A DNA stretch of 64,000 bases. Origin: Mobula hypostoma. Lineage: Eukaryota. Where the stretch lies: NCBI RefSeq assembly GCF_963921235.1, contig NC_086101.1:3722001-3786000 (forward strand), given 5' to 3'. A program made the translations under genes and the position numbers. How positions within the stretch are numbered: position 1 is the first letter of the stretch; each line of letters begins with the position of its first letter. This document shows positions 48,370 to 61,215 of this stretch, in pieces. The notes below the pieces were generated by a model. That model had not been told where the DNA came from. It made no database searches and worked only from the letters and a program-made list of their open reading frames with translations.

Positions 48370-48890
48370 CTACCGTGAGGGTCGGGCCTTCGTTGGCATT
48401 GGAGATGGTCCAGAGAAGGTTCACGAGAATGATCCAGAAATGAAAAGGTTAATGTATAAGGTGTGTAAGATGGCTCAACCCTGGACACGCTGGAGCTGAT
48501 AAGGATGAGGGTGGGGGAGGTGTTATCTGAGTGAAAACTAGCAAATATTGAAAGGGCCCAGATAGAGTGGCTGTGGAGAGGATGTTTCCAATTGTGGGAG
48601 AGTCTATGACCAGAGGACACAGCCCCAGAATAGAGGGACAAGGGCAACAGAGATGAGGAGAAATTTCCTTAGTCAGAAGGTGGTGAATCTCTGGAACTCA
48701 TTTCCACAGACTGCCGTGGAGTCCAAGTCACTGAGTATATTTAAAGTGGAGATGAATAGGTTCTTGGTTAGTCAGGAGATCAAGGGTTATAGGGAGAAGG
48801 CAGCAGAATGGGGTTGAGATGAAAAATCAATTAGCCATATTGGAAATGCTGAGCTATTCGATGGGCCGATTGGCTTGCTTCAGTCACTCC
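48370..48890 (+). mobile_element. Degraded CR1 3' fragment
   Basis: ggtccagagaaggttcacgagaatgatcc...gagtctatgaccagaggacacagc...gtggtgaatctctggaactc. Confidence 0.75.
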
Positions 48891-48952
48891 ATTTGATGGT
48901 CCAATTGAGACTCTTTTTCCCTTCCCACTCCCTCTTCCAACATAATCATTAT

Positions 48953-49280
48953 CTGAGACTCTGCACTGTGGGGTTCTCCACCCTGAGACTCTGCACCGTG
49001 GGGTTCTCCACCATGAGATTCTGCACCGTGGGGTACACCGCCCTGAGACTCTGCACTGTGCGGTATTCCACCCTGAGACTCTGCACCGTGGGGTACACCG
49101 CCCTGAGACTCTGCACCGTGGGGTACTCCACCCTGAGACTCTGCACACGTGGGGTTCTCCACCCTGAGACTCTGCACACGTGGTAATGCTGGTTGGAAGT
49201 CTACACTGTGAGGTACAACACCCCAAGTCTCTGCACATGGGGTACTGCTGATTGGGAGTCTACACTGTGGAGTACTTCAC
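48953..49280. repeat. 30-bp minisatellite
   Basis: Unit ctgagactctgcaccgtggggt(t/a)ctccacc; about 7.5 well-conserved copies (48953-49182) plus ~3 degenerate ones. Confidence 0.95.
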
Positions 49281-50289
49281 CTTGCCACGCAGTGCCAGTC
49301 AGGGACCAGCCTTCGTGCATTATTCTGACTGCTTATTTCCAGGCTGCATCATCCCTTCCTGTCTCTCCCCAACCACACTAACCCTAAAATTAAAAGTTAC
49401 AATTTTAATCAAGTGGACTCAGGAGCCACTCGTAGATGAGAAAGGCAGCAAACTTCACCAAGGAGGTCATTTGAAGTTAATTAGTGCAGAAGGGATGCCG
49501 CACGTATAAAATGGAAACCGAAACAGGAAACTGCAACTGCTGGAATTCTGAAATAAAATCAAATAAAATCAAATAAAAACTGTTGGAAATATTTAGTCGG
49601 CCAGGCAGCCTCTGTGGAGGGGGGACCAAGCTAATGTTTTAGGCTAATGCCAGTTCTCACCGAAAGGTTTTTACTGGAATTACTGATTGCGTTTTGTTTT
49701 CTCATCAAAATGTGTGTGAAGAAACAAATCTCGGTGGAAACTGCCCAAAGTATCACCAGCACCTGCCTGACCCCATCAAGGCAAATTGTCAGAAAGGGAG
49801 CTGGAAAAGGGCTGATAACCTCATGAAGGATCCCACCATCTCTGTTGAAGGACATTTGGTCCACACTCTCACCAGGGAGGAGGCCACGTAGCATCCACGC
49901 CCGGACCACCAGACCCAAAAGTAGTTACTTTCCCCAAGCAGTAAGTCTGATCAACCCCTCCACACCCCATCTACCACTACATCATCATTTCCTGTCGGTC
50001 ACTTTCTGCCTGTGGTCGCTTTATGGACACACAACCAATCTGTGTCGATAAGCTATCCCATGTAGTTACATTGATTGTGATGTTTTATTATTATTGTGGT
50101 GTTTATCTCATTGTGGGTTGTTCTGGTGCTGTATTGGATCCAGACTAACAGTCGTTTCATTCTCCTTTATACTTGGGCACTGGAAATGTCTTTAAACACT
50201 TAAATCTTTCTGCTGGTTATGCGGTTTCTCAGAAAACTTTCTGTATGTTTCCACATGAACAGATAGGAACTGAGGCATGACCATGCGGT

Positions 50290-51082
50290 GGGTGGACGTC
50301 AGCGAGTTAGACCGGCGAGAAGAATTTAAAAGGAGAACATTTTTTCTTCAGCAGTTTGATCGAGGCACAACTCCACAGGCGCATAGACGTCAACGAGTTA
50401 AACCGCTATGAAGAATTTAAAATGAAGACAGCTTTATAGAGCGGGTGCCGGAGTAGAGGGAGTCAGAGAAGGAGGGCTTTGGCTCAACAGGTCTTCGGTG
50501 ATAACAGGTCGAGGCGAGGCAAGTTACTTGTGAAGAATAGAAACAGGAAGTATGTCTGTGAGGCCGGTGTTCTTTACTGGGTGTCAGATGTGGGAAGTCT
50601 GGGAGACTCCCAGCCTCCCAGACGGCCACATCTGCACCAGGTGTGTCGGGATGCAGCTCCTTGGGGACGGGGTTAGGGAGCTCCAGATGCAGCTCGATGA
50701 CCTTCGTCTAGTCAAGGAGAGTGAGGAGGTGATAGAGAGGAGCTCCAGGCAGGTAGTCTCTCCGGGGCCTGGGGAGACAGATAAGTGGGTATCTTCAGAT
50801 TCCCGAGGGGAATCTGAAGTTCCGCTGTCACACAAACATTTGGCAGCCAAGTGGATCGTGGAATCGCTTTATATCACCAGCGATCAGTGATCAGAGTTCG
50901 ATTCCCGACACTGTCTGTCAGGAGTTTGTACGTTCCACCTGTGACCATGTTGGTTTCCTCCGATTGGGTCCGTTTCCTCCCATTGGATTATGGGCAGAGT
51001 CCGATGTTTGGTGTCTTCAACAGCTTGGGATCATCGACAGGGACAGAAGCACAATACAGAGACGACAGAGAGAGAGAGAGAG

Positions 51083-51113
<31 letters not shown>

Positions 51114-52920
51114 GACAGAGAGAGAGAGACAGAGAGACAGAAAGACAGAGAAAGAGAGAGAGTGAGAGAGACAGAGAGAGAGAGAGTGAGAGAGAGAGAG
51201 TGAGAGAGGGAGAGAGACAGGGAGAGAGAGTGAGTGAGAGAGAGAGACAGAGACAGAGAGAGTGAGTGAGTGAGAGAGAGACAGAGAGACAGAGAGAGAG
51301 AGAGGAGAGAGAGAGAGAGACAGAGAAAGAGAGAGAGAGAGAACTCCAGAAGCCACCCCCCGCCCCACGCTGAAGAACAGGGATATCACTGTGGATACTG
51401 TGAGGGGGCAAGGCGAGGGGTGACCGAGCAGTCCACTCGAAGGTGACAGCGGTCAGGTCCCTGGCACTGAGTCTGGCTCTGTGACTCCGAAGGAAAGGAG
51501 GGGGGAATGGTCAGCTGTGGTGATGGGGATTCATTAGTTCGGGGAACAGAAAGGACGTTCCGTGCTCAAGAATAAGATTTCCGGATGGTTTGTGGCCTCC
51601 CAGGTCCCAGGGCACGGAAATCTCAGATCGAGTCCCAAGTGTTGTTAAGTGGGAGGGTGAACAGCCAAACATCGTGGTCCGTGTAGATACCAATGACACA
51701 GGTAGGAAGAGTGACGAGTTTCTGCGATGTGAGTTCAGGGAGTTGGGTGCTGAGTTAAAGGACAGGACCCAGGGTTCTGATCCCAGGATTGCCACCCATA
51801 CCACCTGCTGGAGAGGCCAGAAGTAGGAAGATCAGACAGTTTCACGCCTGGCGAAGGAGCTGGTGTAGGAAGGAGGCCTTCAGATTTCAACGTTTAAAGT
51901 ACATTTATTATCCCAATAGAACACATTTTAGAAAAAAGACATTGAACACCCAATGTGCAGAGAGAGAGAGAGAGAACAAATCATGCAGACAACAATAGTA
52001 TTATTTACGAGTGATGAGGTTCTTCACGGGGAGTTAGCTGGTAAGTTAAAGAGCAGGACCTCCAGTGTTGTGATCTCAGTATTGCTACACAGGCCACGTG
52101 CTCATCAGGCCAGAACTAGGAAGATTATGCAGGTTAATACGTGGCTAAGAAGTCGCTGTAATAAGGAGGGTATAGATTTTTGGATCATGGGCTCTCTTTC
52201 AGGGAAGGTGGGACCTGTACAGAAGGGACGGTTTGCACCTGAACTGGAGGGGAATAATATCCTGGCAGGAAGGTTTGTTAATGCCGTACAGTGGGGTTTA
52301 AACTAGAGTTGCAGGGAATGGGAACCGAGAACAGTTCGTGGAGAGGTTGTGGAGGCAGATGTTGGTAAGAGCTCAAAGTTGGGAATGAGAGGTTCAGCAC
52401 TGTGCATCCAGTGCGCTGAGTTGTCTCTATTTCAATGCAAGAAGTGTCGGAGGAAAGGCAGATGACAGTGCTGAAGATGAGGTTGCTGGTTTACAAACAG
52501 AGGCAATGTATAGTGAGGAGAGGCTGTTGATAAGGCAAAACTAAAATCAACTGGATGAGTTGTCAGGTAAAAGGCAGAGAAAATTGAAAAGGATAAAGGA
52601 CGGAAAGTGTTATATGTGAATGTGTGCAGTATACGGAATAAAGTAGATGAACTTGTAGCACAGTTACAGATTGGCAGGAATAATGTTGTTGGCATCACTG
52701 AATCACGGCTGAAAGAAGATTATAGCTCGGAGCTGAATGTCTAAGGATACATATTGGACAGACAGGAAGGCAGAGGGGGTGGGGTCACCCTGTTGGTAAT
52801 AAAAACTGACATCAAATCATTAGAAGGAGGTGACATGGTGTAGGAAGGTGTGGAATCAGTGTGGACGGAGCTGAGGAACGGCAAGAGTAAGGAGACTCTG
52901 ATGGGAGTTGCATACAAACC
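50290..52920 (+). mobile_element. Degraded CR1 5' UTR/ORF1/EN fragments, interrupted at 50790-51340
   Basis: MSVRPVFFTGCQMWEV..HICTRC..LDDLRLV (50552); KWEGEQPNIVVRVDTND (51590); ESVWTELRN (52850). Confidence 0.8.
51058..51342. repeat. (GA)n/(GACA)n compound microsatellite
   Basis: Seen directly; it is the source of the RERE/SLSL ORFs. Confidence 0.97.
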
Positions 52921-53834
52921 CGCAAACACTAACCACCATGCTCCCATGCCCCCCGTACTAAAATCATCCTATGTTCTAAGATCAGCTCGTTGGGAGGATT
53001 CAGAGGGTGATAGTGGAGGTTTGTGTTTCAGACTAGAGGCCTGTGACCTGTGAAACCTGAACCACAGGGATCAGTTCCGGGTCACTGTTGTTACTCGTGT
53101 CCTATATATTAATGATGAGAGTGAGAATACAGATCGTCTGATTAGTAAGTTTGCAGATGACACTAAATCAGCTGCACATCATCAATTAGTGTGAGAGTTG
53201 ATACTGAAGTTCAAAGCCCAAAAGGTCTTTGGGAAGTCCGGAAGTTGCAACTGGATGGCCAACTCCCGGACAGGAGGCCCAGAGGCCTGTCCTGTTGTTG
53301 TAGGACTTTGCGTGTGAGAGGGTGAATGGGAGAGCAGCAAGTGGGTTGTTTTGCTATTGATGTTTGTTGTGTAGTGTTGTCTTTGTGGTCTGTGTAGCTT
53401 TACTGAACATTGTGGACACGGAAATGCTATGTTGGTGCTGGAATGTGTGGTGACACTTGCGGACTGTCCCCAGCACATCCTGGGGTTGTGTTGGTTGTTA
53501 ACACGAACAATGCATTTCACTGTATGTTGCCTTGTAAATGTGATAAATAAATCTCAATCTGAATCTGAAAAAAATCTTCAGATCTCAGTCTGAAACGGCG
53601 ACTCTTTATTCCTCTCCATGGATGCTGCCCGACCTGCTGAATTCCTCCAGCATTTTGTGTGTGTTGCTCTGGATTTCCAGCCTCAGCAGAATTTCTGATG
53701 ATTCTGATACAACTGCTATTCCAAAACCCCGACCGCCCCCCCCACCCCCCATCCAAACCATACACCACCAGGGCAAATATCCTCTCAGTATTTAACCTGT
53801 CAGGTCAACATGTGGGTCTATAACGGAACCTAAA

Positions 53835-56813
53835 ACGGCACATATTACCATAAATAAGGTAATACAATATAATTTAAATGTTCGTAGGCAGTGGAGAAGC
53901 GTCCAGTGGGCCCGGAGGCCCAGGAGTTGGTGGGATGCTCTCACTTCTGCTTTAACCATTCCTACCCATCTCTAATTATGTCCCGTTTCTCCTCCAGTTA
54001 AATCCTCATTCCCAAATCCCAGCAGAAACTTCACCGGTTCACTGGTCCATTGGAGAGACTGATGGCGGGAGAGCTGCATTACACTGGTTACGGGGAGGTC
54101 TAGGCCGAGGCCGGTGCTGCGGGCTGGCCTGTGGCAGTCGCTCAGGGGAGGAGACGCTGAGGCGGTGCTGCCCTCCTGTGTTCGCTCATTTCTGTCCTAC
54201 CCTGTGGTGTTCACTTGTGCTGCCCTCCGGCCAGAGAGGGAACCATCTCTGGCTTCTCCTGCTAAGCCAGTGTTGATCCAATTTCTTACTTCATCCTGAA
54301 TGATTTCTAATTAAACTGTGGATCTCATTATCCCGTTGGCCCTTGTTTCTCCATCTGAATTCAGCCTCCATTATCTCACTGACGTCTTATTTCTACCATA
54401 TTCCATCTCTACAAAGCAACTTTCAAATACTTCCTTGCAACACTTAAAATTTCTTTGGGCCAAACGTTTTTTATTGCAGTCTCTCGTCAATCAGGGCGTT
54501 GAGTACAAGCCAAGCATACACATCAACTAACACATAATGCACAATCAAAACGCCGCCAACAAGGAAATTTGGAAAACGTGTAAGATGAATCAACCTCTCT
54601 GGTCGGTTCAGCCATAAAGTTCAAACATTCAAAGTAAAAGAATTATCAGCGTCTGTCTGTGTCACCAGATTCTATCCTGACCTGAGATTTATTTTCTTGC
54701 GGGTATTCACTGTATGTACACAGAAACACAATAGAATGAAAATCCACACAAAGACTGGTAAACAACCGATGCATTGTGAAAATAGTAAGTGAATAAATAA
54801 ATAATCCTGAGAGCATGAGGTGTGGAGTCATTGAAAGTGAGTCCAGAGGTTGTGGAATCAGTTCAGCGCCGGGGTGAGTTCATTCCATTGCCGTTTGTAA
54901 CCAGACGGTGGCGATGTCTCGGCCTGAAACTTCGACTGTACCTCTTCCTAGAGATGCTGCCTGGCCTGCTGCGTTCACCAGCAACTTTGATGTGTGTTGC
55001 TTGAATTTCCAGCATCTGCAGAATTCCTGTTGTTGGTGGCGATGGTGAGCGGCCTGAAGATCTGTGCAGATTCACGGTGCAGGATCGCCACCTGCTGCCG
55101 GACACCGGTACTGCAGGAAGAGTCGGAACAAAATGTTGCAGGTCAGAGAAAGTGCAGAGTGACGGTGGAAAAGGGATTCGCGTAGATTGTTTGAACATTT
55201 ATGGTAGTTGGGCGCGGCAACCTGGCGGTAGTGCAATCAGTTTACAGCGCCGGCGATTATTGATCAGAGTTCAATTCCCGCGTTGTCTGTAAGCTATCCT
55301 TCCCGTTACCGTGGGGAGTTCCTCTGTGTGCACCGGGATCCTCCCATATTCCAACCACGGATGAGAGACAAGCTCTGTTGTGGCCGACTGCAGATATTTT
55401 TAGCGGCTCTCAGGGGACTGGGGCCTCAAGCTGTGGGGTCGATTGCTTTCAGCCGCTGGAGGGGAGGCGTTCGAGCCATCGCTCTCTACCGGGGACGGCG
55501 CAGCGCATTTGTGGTGACTGAAGATTTAAAATGGACTGAGGAGGCTAGACTATATGAACATATATTTGTCTGCTTGTGTTTTTACTGATATCTTATATGT
55601 GCTTGCATATGCGAGAACTGGGCCTCAAAGCCACGGATTCGTCCAGCAGGAGTCGGGCTTCGGGCGAAGGCTGAGGCCAGGTGACAGATGATATGCATAA
55701 GACCATAAGACAGAGGAGCAGAATTAGGCCATTTAACCCATCGAGTCTGATACACCAGTCCATCATGACTGATCCCGGATCTCACTTAACCCCACACACC
55801 TGTCTTCTCCCCATATGCTTTGATGCCCTGACCGATCAAGAAACCACATTAATTTCCGCCTTAAATATACCCACGGACTTGGCCTCACACACAGTCTCTG
55901 GCAGAGTATTCTACAGATTTACTACTCTGGCTAAATAAAAAAAAATCCTCTTTACATTTATTCTAAAGGGTTACCCCCAGTTGTGAGGCTGTGCCCCCTA
56001 GTTCTGCATACCCCCACCACAGGAAACATCCTCGCAACATCCACCCTATCTAGTCTTTCAACATTCCGTAGGTTTCAATGAGATTCCACACCCCCCCCCC
56101 CCACCCACCAACTTGCATTCTTCCAAATTCCAGTGAGTACAGGCCTAAAGCTGCCAAACGCTCCTCATATGTTAACAGCTTCATTCCCGGAATCATCCTG
56201 GTGAACCTCCTCTGGACTCTCTCCGATGACAACACATCCTTTCTGAGGTAAGGGGCCCAATACGTCAAGTGCAGCCTGAATAGAGTCTTAAAAAGGCTCA
56301 GCATTACTCCTTGTTTTTTATATTCTATTCTCCTTGAAATTAATGTCCACATTGCATTTGTCTTCTTTACCACAGATTCAGCCTGTAAAATTAACCTTCT
56401 GGTAGTTTTGCACGAGGACTCCAAAGTCTGTTTGCACCTATGATGTTTAAATTTTCTCCCCATTTAGATAATAGCCTGTACCATTTTCCCTTTTACCAAA
56501 ATATATTATCATACATTTTCCAACACTGTATTCCAACTGCCATTTTTTGGCCCATTTGTCTAAGTCCTTCTGCAATCGCATTGCTTTCTCAGCACTACAT
56601 ACCCCTCCACCTATCTTTGTATCATTTGTAAATTTTGCCAGAAATCCATCAATTCTATTATCTAAATCACTGACAATGCGACAAGTAGCGGTCCCAATAC
56701 TGACCCCTGTTACGAACCCACAGGTTTCGTTCACTGTGGACTGTCACTTTAAGATCGCCTGAGTGAGGCAGGACTATGACGTCAGTCACAGGCTGCTGCG
56801 AACTTAAACTCAT

Positions 56814-56856
<43 letters not shown>

Positions 56857-57245
56857 CAGAGAGAGAGAGAGACAGAGAGAGAGAGACAGAGAGAGAGAGA
56901 CAGAGAGACACTAGGGAAGCCGGTAGCTTCAGCTTGTCACAGCTGGGGCTTGGAACTCTCTTGTGCCCACAAGGGTGGGTTAAACATCGGCACGGAGTGC
57001 ATACCGAATGTGTGACTGTCATTGTTTGGGGATATCTTGTGGGATCACTTTGGTAGCCCTTGCCTGGGTCTGTTGTGTGGTAACCACTGGAAGACGATAT
57101 TCCCGTGACGGGTCACTTTCGGTGATCATTCGGATGTGGATTTGGAACGGCACCACGGACAAGATCTACGGCGACATATCTCGTTTTACCATCGTGGAAT
57201 CTGTAGAATACTTCGTGCTTAATTTTTTTCTACGTTTCACTTTGG
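53835..57245 (+). repeat. Segmental duplication copy B
   Basis: Co-linear with 43715-47085; carries an extra 118-bp insert at 54917-55034. Confidence 0.93.
54917..55034 (+). mobile_element. Short Penelope pLTR insertion (5'-truncated within the hammerhead)
   Basis: 10-bp TSD ggtggcgatg (54907-54916 / 55035-55044); the empty site is present in the paralog at 44737-44746. Confidence 0.92.
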
Positions 57246-58100
57246 ATTACAAATATCTCTCTCCCATCATTTATCTCGGTGATTACTGAACTTTCCTACT
57301 GTACCGTCTCAAGACTCTAAACCTTGTTCCCCCAAGCTCAATGGTTCGTGAGTTATATTTACACACATATATACACATAACACTGTTAACTTTTGTTTAT
57401 CTTGGTTGTTACTATATTATAAGTAGTTACTAATAAAGACAGTGGTTTTAACATCAAAACCAGACTCAGTGTAAAATCTCTTGCTGCTGGTTTTTGTCGA
57501 AACGTTACAGTTCGTAACACCCCCGAGGAACACCACAATTCACTGACAGCCAACCAGAAAAAGCCCCTTTTATTCCCACTGTCTGCCTCCTGCCTGTCAG
57601 CCGTTCTGCTATCCATGCCTGTATATTTTCCATAACGCCATCGGATTTCATCTTGCTAGCAGCCTCATGTGTGGCATGCCAGAATCAAATGATTCTTGAA
57701 AGATCATAACCAACGCATCTGCTCTCACTTCAGCAACCTCTTTGAGAACTCTGGGATGTAATCCATCTGGCCAAGGGGACTTATCATCTGAAGATCTTTC
57801 GGTTTGTCTAGCTCTTTTACCTTTGTAGTAGCAATGGCACTCACTCCTGCTCCCTGACACTCACGGACGTCTGGCACACTGCTAGTGATTCCACAGTGAG
57901 GACTGATGCAAAGTACCCATTAAGGTCATCTGCCATTTCTTTGCCCCCATTGCTGCCTCACCAGCATCATTTTCCAGTGGTCCAATATCAACTCTCAGCT
58001 CCCTTTTACCCTTCATACAATTGGAAAAAAAACTTTTGTTTTCCCACTTAATATTATTTCTTAGTCTGCCCTTGTACTTCATCTATTCCCTTCTTACAGG
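55690..58100 (-). mobile_element. CR1 fragment split by a solo LTR
   Basis: RT remnants (ORFs 56050-56463 and 56447-56734; DKSPWPDGLHPRVLKEVA in 57648-57860) continue across the LTR. Confidence 0.85.
56708..57519 (+). mobile_element. Complete solo LTR (TGTTACGAAC...GTTCGTAACA)
   Basis: 10-bp terminal inverted repeat; 4-bp TSD cccc (56704-56707 / 57520-57523); AATAAA at ~57432; GA microsatellite at 56817-56910. Confidence 0.93.
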
Positions 58101-58155
58101 TTCATTGGTTGCCACATCGGTGGGCTGAGGTGTCCAGACTATATAAACATACATA

Positions 58156-61100
58156 TTTTTTCCCCTTCCTAATTAAGCCCTTTGTCCTCCTCTGCTGAAC
58201 TCTGAATTTCTCCCAGTCCTCAGGTGAGCCACTTTCTCTGGCTAATTTGTATGCTTCTTCTTTGGAATTGATACTATCCCTAATATCTCTTGTCAGCCAC
58301 GGGTGCACTACCTTTCTTGATTTATTCTTTTGCCAAACTGGGATGAACAATTGTTGTAGTTCATCCATGCAACCTTTAAATGCTTGTCATTGCATATCCA
58401 CCGTCAAACCTTTAAGTATCATTTGCCAGTCTATCTTAGCTAGTTCACGTCTCATACCTTCAAAGTTACACCTCTTTAAGTTCAGAACCTTTGTTTCTGA
58501 ATTAACTATGTCACTCTCCATCTTAATGAAGAATTCCACCATATTATGGTCACTCTTACCCAAGGGGCCTCTCACGACAAGATTGCTAATTAACCCTTCC
58601 TCGTTGCTCAAAACCCAGTCCAGAATAGCCTGCTCTCTAGTTGGTTCCTCGACATGTTGGTTCAAAAAACCATCCCGCATACATTCCAAGAAATCCTCTT
58701 CCTCAGCACCTTTACCAATTTGGTTCACCCAGTCTACATGTAGATTGAAGTCCCCCATTATAACTGCTGTTCCTTTATTGCACACATTTCTAATTTCCTG
58801 TTTAATACCATCTCCGACCTCACTACTACTGTTAGGTGGCCTGTACACAACTCCCACCAGCGTCTTCTGCCCCCTAGTGTTACGCAGCTCTACCCATACC
58901 GATTCCACATCTTCCCGGTTTATGTCCTTCCTTTATATTGCGTTAATCTCTTCTTTAACCAGCAACGCCACCCCACCTCCCCTTCCTTCATGTCTATCCC
59001 TCCTGAATATTGAATATCCCTGAACGTTGAGCTCCCATCCCTGGTCACCCTGGAGCCATGTCTCTGTGATCCCAACTATATCATAATCATTAATAACAAT
59101 CTGCACTTTCAATTCATCCACCTTATTACGAATGCTCCTTGCATTGACACATAAAGCCTTCAGGCGCTCTTTTACAACTCTCTTGGCCCTTATACAATTA
59201 TGCTGAAAAGTGGCCCTTTTTAATGCTTGCCCTGGATTTGTCGGCCTGCCACTTTTACTTTTCTCCTTTGTACTTTTTGCTTCTACCCTCACTTTACACC
59301 CCTCTGTCTCTCTGCACTGATCATGAGAGAAAACTGGCAGGGAACATAAAAACGGAGTGTAAAAGCTTTTATAGATATGTAAAAAGGAAAAGACTGGTAA
59401 AGACAAATGTAGGTCCCCTGCAGACAGAAACAGGTGAATTGATTATGGGGAGCAAGGACATGGCAGACCAATTGAATAATTACTTTGGTTCTGTCTTCAC
59501 TAAGGAGGACATAAATAATCTTTCAGAAATAGTAAGGGACAGAGGGTCCAGTGAGATGGAGGAACTGAGTGAAATACATGTTAGTAGGGAAGTGGTGTTA
59601 GGTAAATTGAAGGGACTGAAGGCAGATAAATCCCCAGGGCCAGATGGTTTGCATCCTAGAGTGCTTAAGGAAGTAGCCCAAGAAATAGTGGATGCATTAG
59701 TGATATTTTTTCAAAACTCGTTAGATTCTGGACTAGTTCCTGAGGATTGGAGGGTGGCTAATTTAACCCCACTTTTTAAAAAAGGAGGGAGAGAGAAACC
59801 GGGGAATTATAGACCGGTTAGCCTAACGTCGGTGGTGGGGAAACTGCTGGAGTCAGTTATCAAGGCTGTGATAACAGCACATTTGGAAAGAGGTGAAATG
59901 ATCGGACAAAGTCAGCATGGATTTGTGAAAGGAAACTCATGTCTGACGAATCTCACAGAATTTTTTGAGGATGTAACTAGTAGAGTGGATAGGGGAGAAC
60001 CAGTGGATGTGGTATATTTGGATTTTCAAAAGGCTTTTGACAAGGTCCCACACAGGAGATTAGTGTGCAAACTTAAAGCACACGGTATTGGGGGTAAGGT
60101 ATTGGTGTGGGTGGAGAATTGGTTAGCAGACAGGAAGCAAAGATTGGGAATAAACGGGACCTTTTCAGAATGGCAGGCAGTGACTAGTGGGGTACGGGAA
60201 GGCTCAGTGCCGGGACCCCAGTTGTTTACAATATATATTAATGACTTGGATGAGGGAATTAAATGCAGCATCTCCAAGTTTGTGGATGACACGAAGCTGG
60301 GTGGCAGTGTTAGCAGTGAGGAGGATGCTAAGAGGATGCAGGGTGACTTGAATAGGTTGGGTGAGTGGGCAAATTCATGGCAGATGCAATTTAATGTGGA
60401 TAAATGTGAAGTTATCCACTTTGGTGGCAAAAATAGGAAAACAGATTATTATCTGAATGCTGGCCGATTAGGAAAAGGGGAGGTGCAACGAGACCTGGGT
60501 GTCATTATACACCAGTCATTGAAAGTGGGCATGCAGGTACAGCAGGCGGTGAAAAAGGCGAATGGTATGCTGGCATTTATAGCGAGAGGATTCGAGTACA
60601 GGAGCAGGGAGGTACGACTGCAGTTGTACAAGGCCTTGGTGAGACCACACCTGCAGTATTGTGTGCAGTTTTGGTCCCCTAATCTGAGGAAAGACATTTT
60701 TGCCATAGAGGGAGTACAAAGAAGGTTCACCAGATTGATTCCTGGGATGGCAGGACTTTCAAATGAAGAAAGACTGGATGAACTGGGCTTGTACTCGTTG
60801 GAATTTAGAAGATTGAGGGGGGATCTGATTGAAACGTATAAGATCCTAAAGGGATTGGACAGGCTAGATGCAGGAAAATTGTTCCCGATGTTGGGGAAGT
60901 CCAGAACGAGAGGCCACAGTTTGAGGATAGAGGGGAAGCCTTTTAGGACCGAGATTAGGAAAAACTTCTTCACACAGAGAGTGGTGAATCTGTGGAATTC
61001 TCTGCCACAGGAAACAGTTGAGGCCAGTTCATTGGCTATATTTAAGAGGGGGTTAGATATGGCCCTTGTGGCTACGGGGGTCAGGGGTTATGGAGGGAAG

Positions 61101-61215
61101 GCTGGGGCGGGGTTCTGAGTTGGATGATCAGCCATGATCATAATAAATGGCGGTGCAGGCTCGAAGGGCCGAATGGCCTACTCCTGCACCTATTTTCTAT
61201 GTTTCTATGTTTCTA
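58156..61215 (+). mobile_element. Young CR1 with a 5' inversion (EN part inverted 58156-59318; RT part direct 59319-61215)
   Basis: The minus segment reads EN through ..RRTKGLIRKGKK and the plus segment continues DHERKLAGNIK. RT is open for ~600 codons to 61118; (tttctatg)n tail. Confidence 0.93.

Noticed and set aside
48953..49280. Regular 30-bp repeat as a CRISPR array, RSS array (cactgtg/caccgtg) or coding repeat (ORFs in several frames)
   Set aside because: No unique spacers, no RSS nonamer at 12/23 spacing, and a unit length divisible by 3 explains the open frames.
46517..57022. RERE.. / SLSL.. ORFs at 46517, 50851-51411 and 56776-57022
   Set aside because: They are translations of GA/GACA microsatellites.
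58247..59023. 258-aa ORF and other long antisense ORFs (24586-25266, 24858-25433, 60449-60973)
   Set aside because: They are antisense shadows of CR1 ORF1/ORF2.
59223..61118. 631-aa ORF as a domesticated or active reverse transcriptase gene
   Set aside because: It is the direct half of an inverted young CR1. RT motifs are altered (GVREGSVPGP, FVDD) and the EN half carries two nonsense codons.
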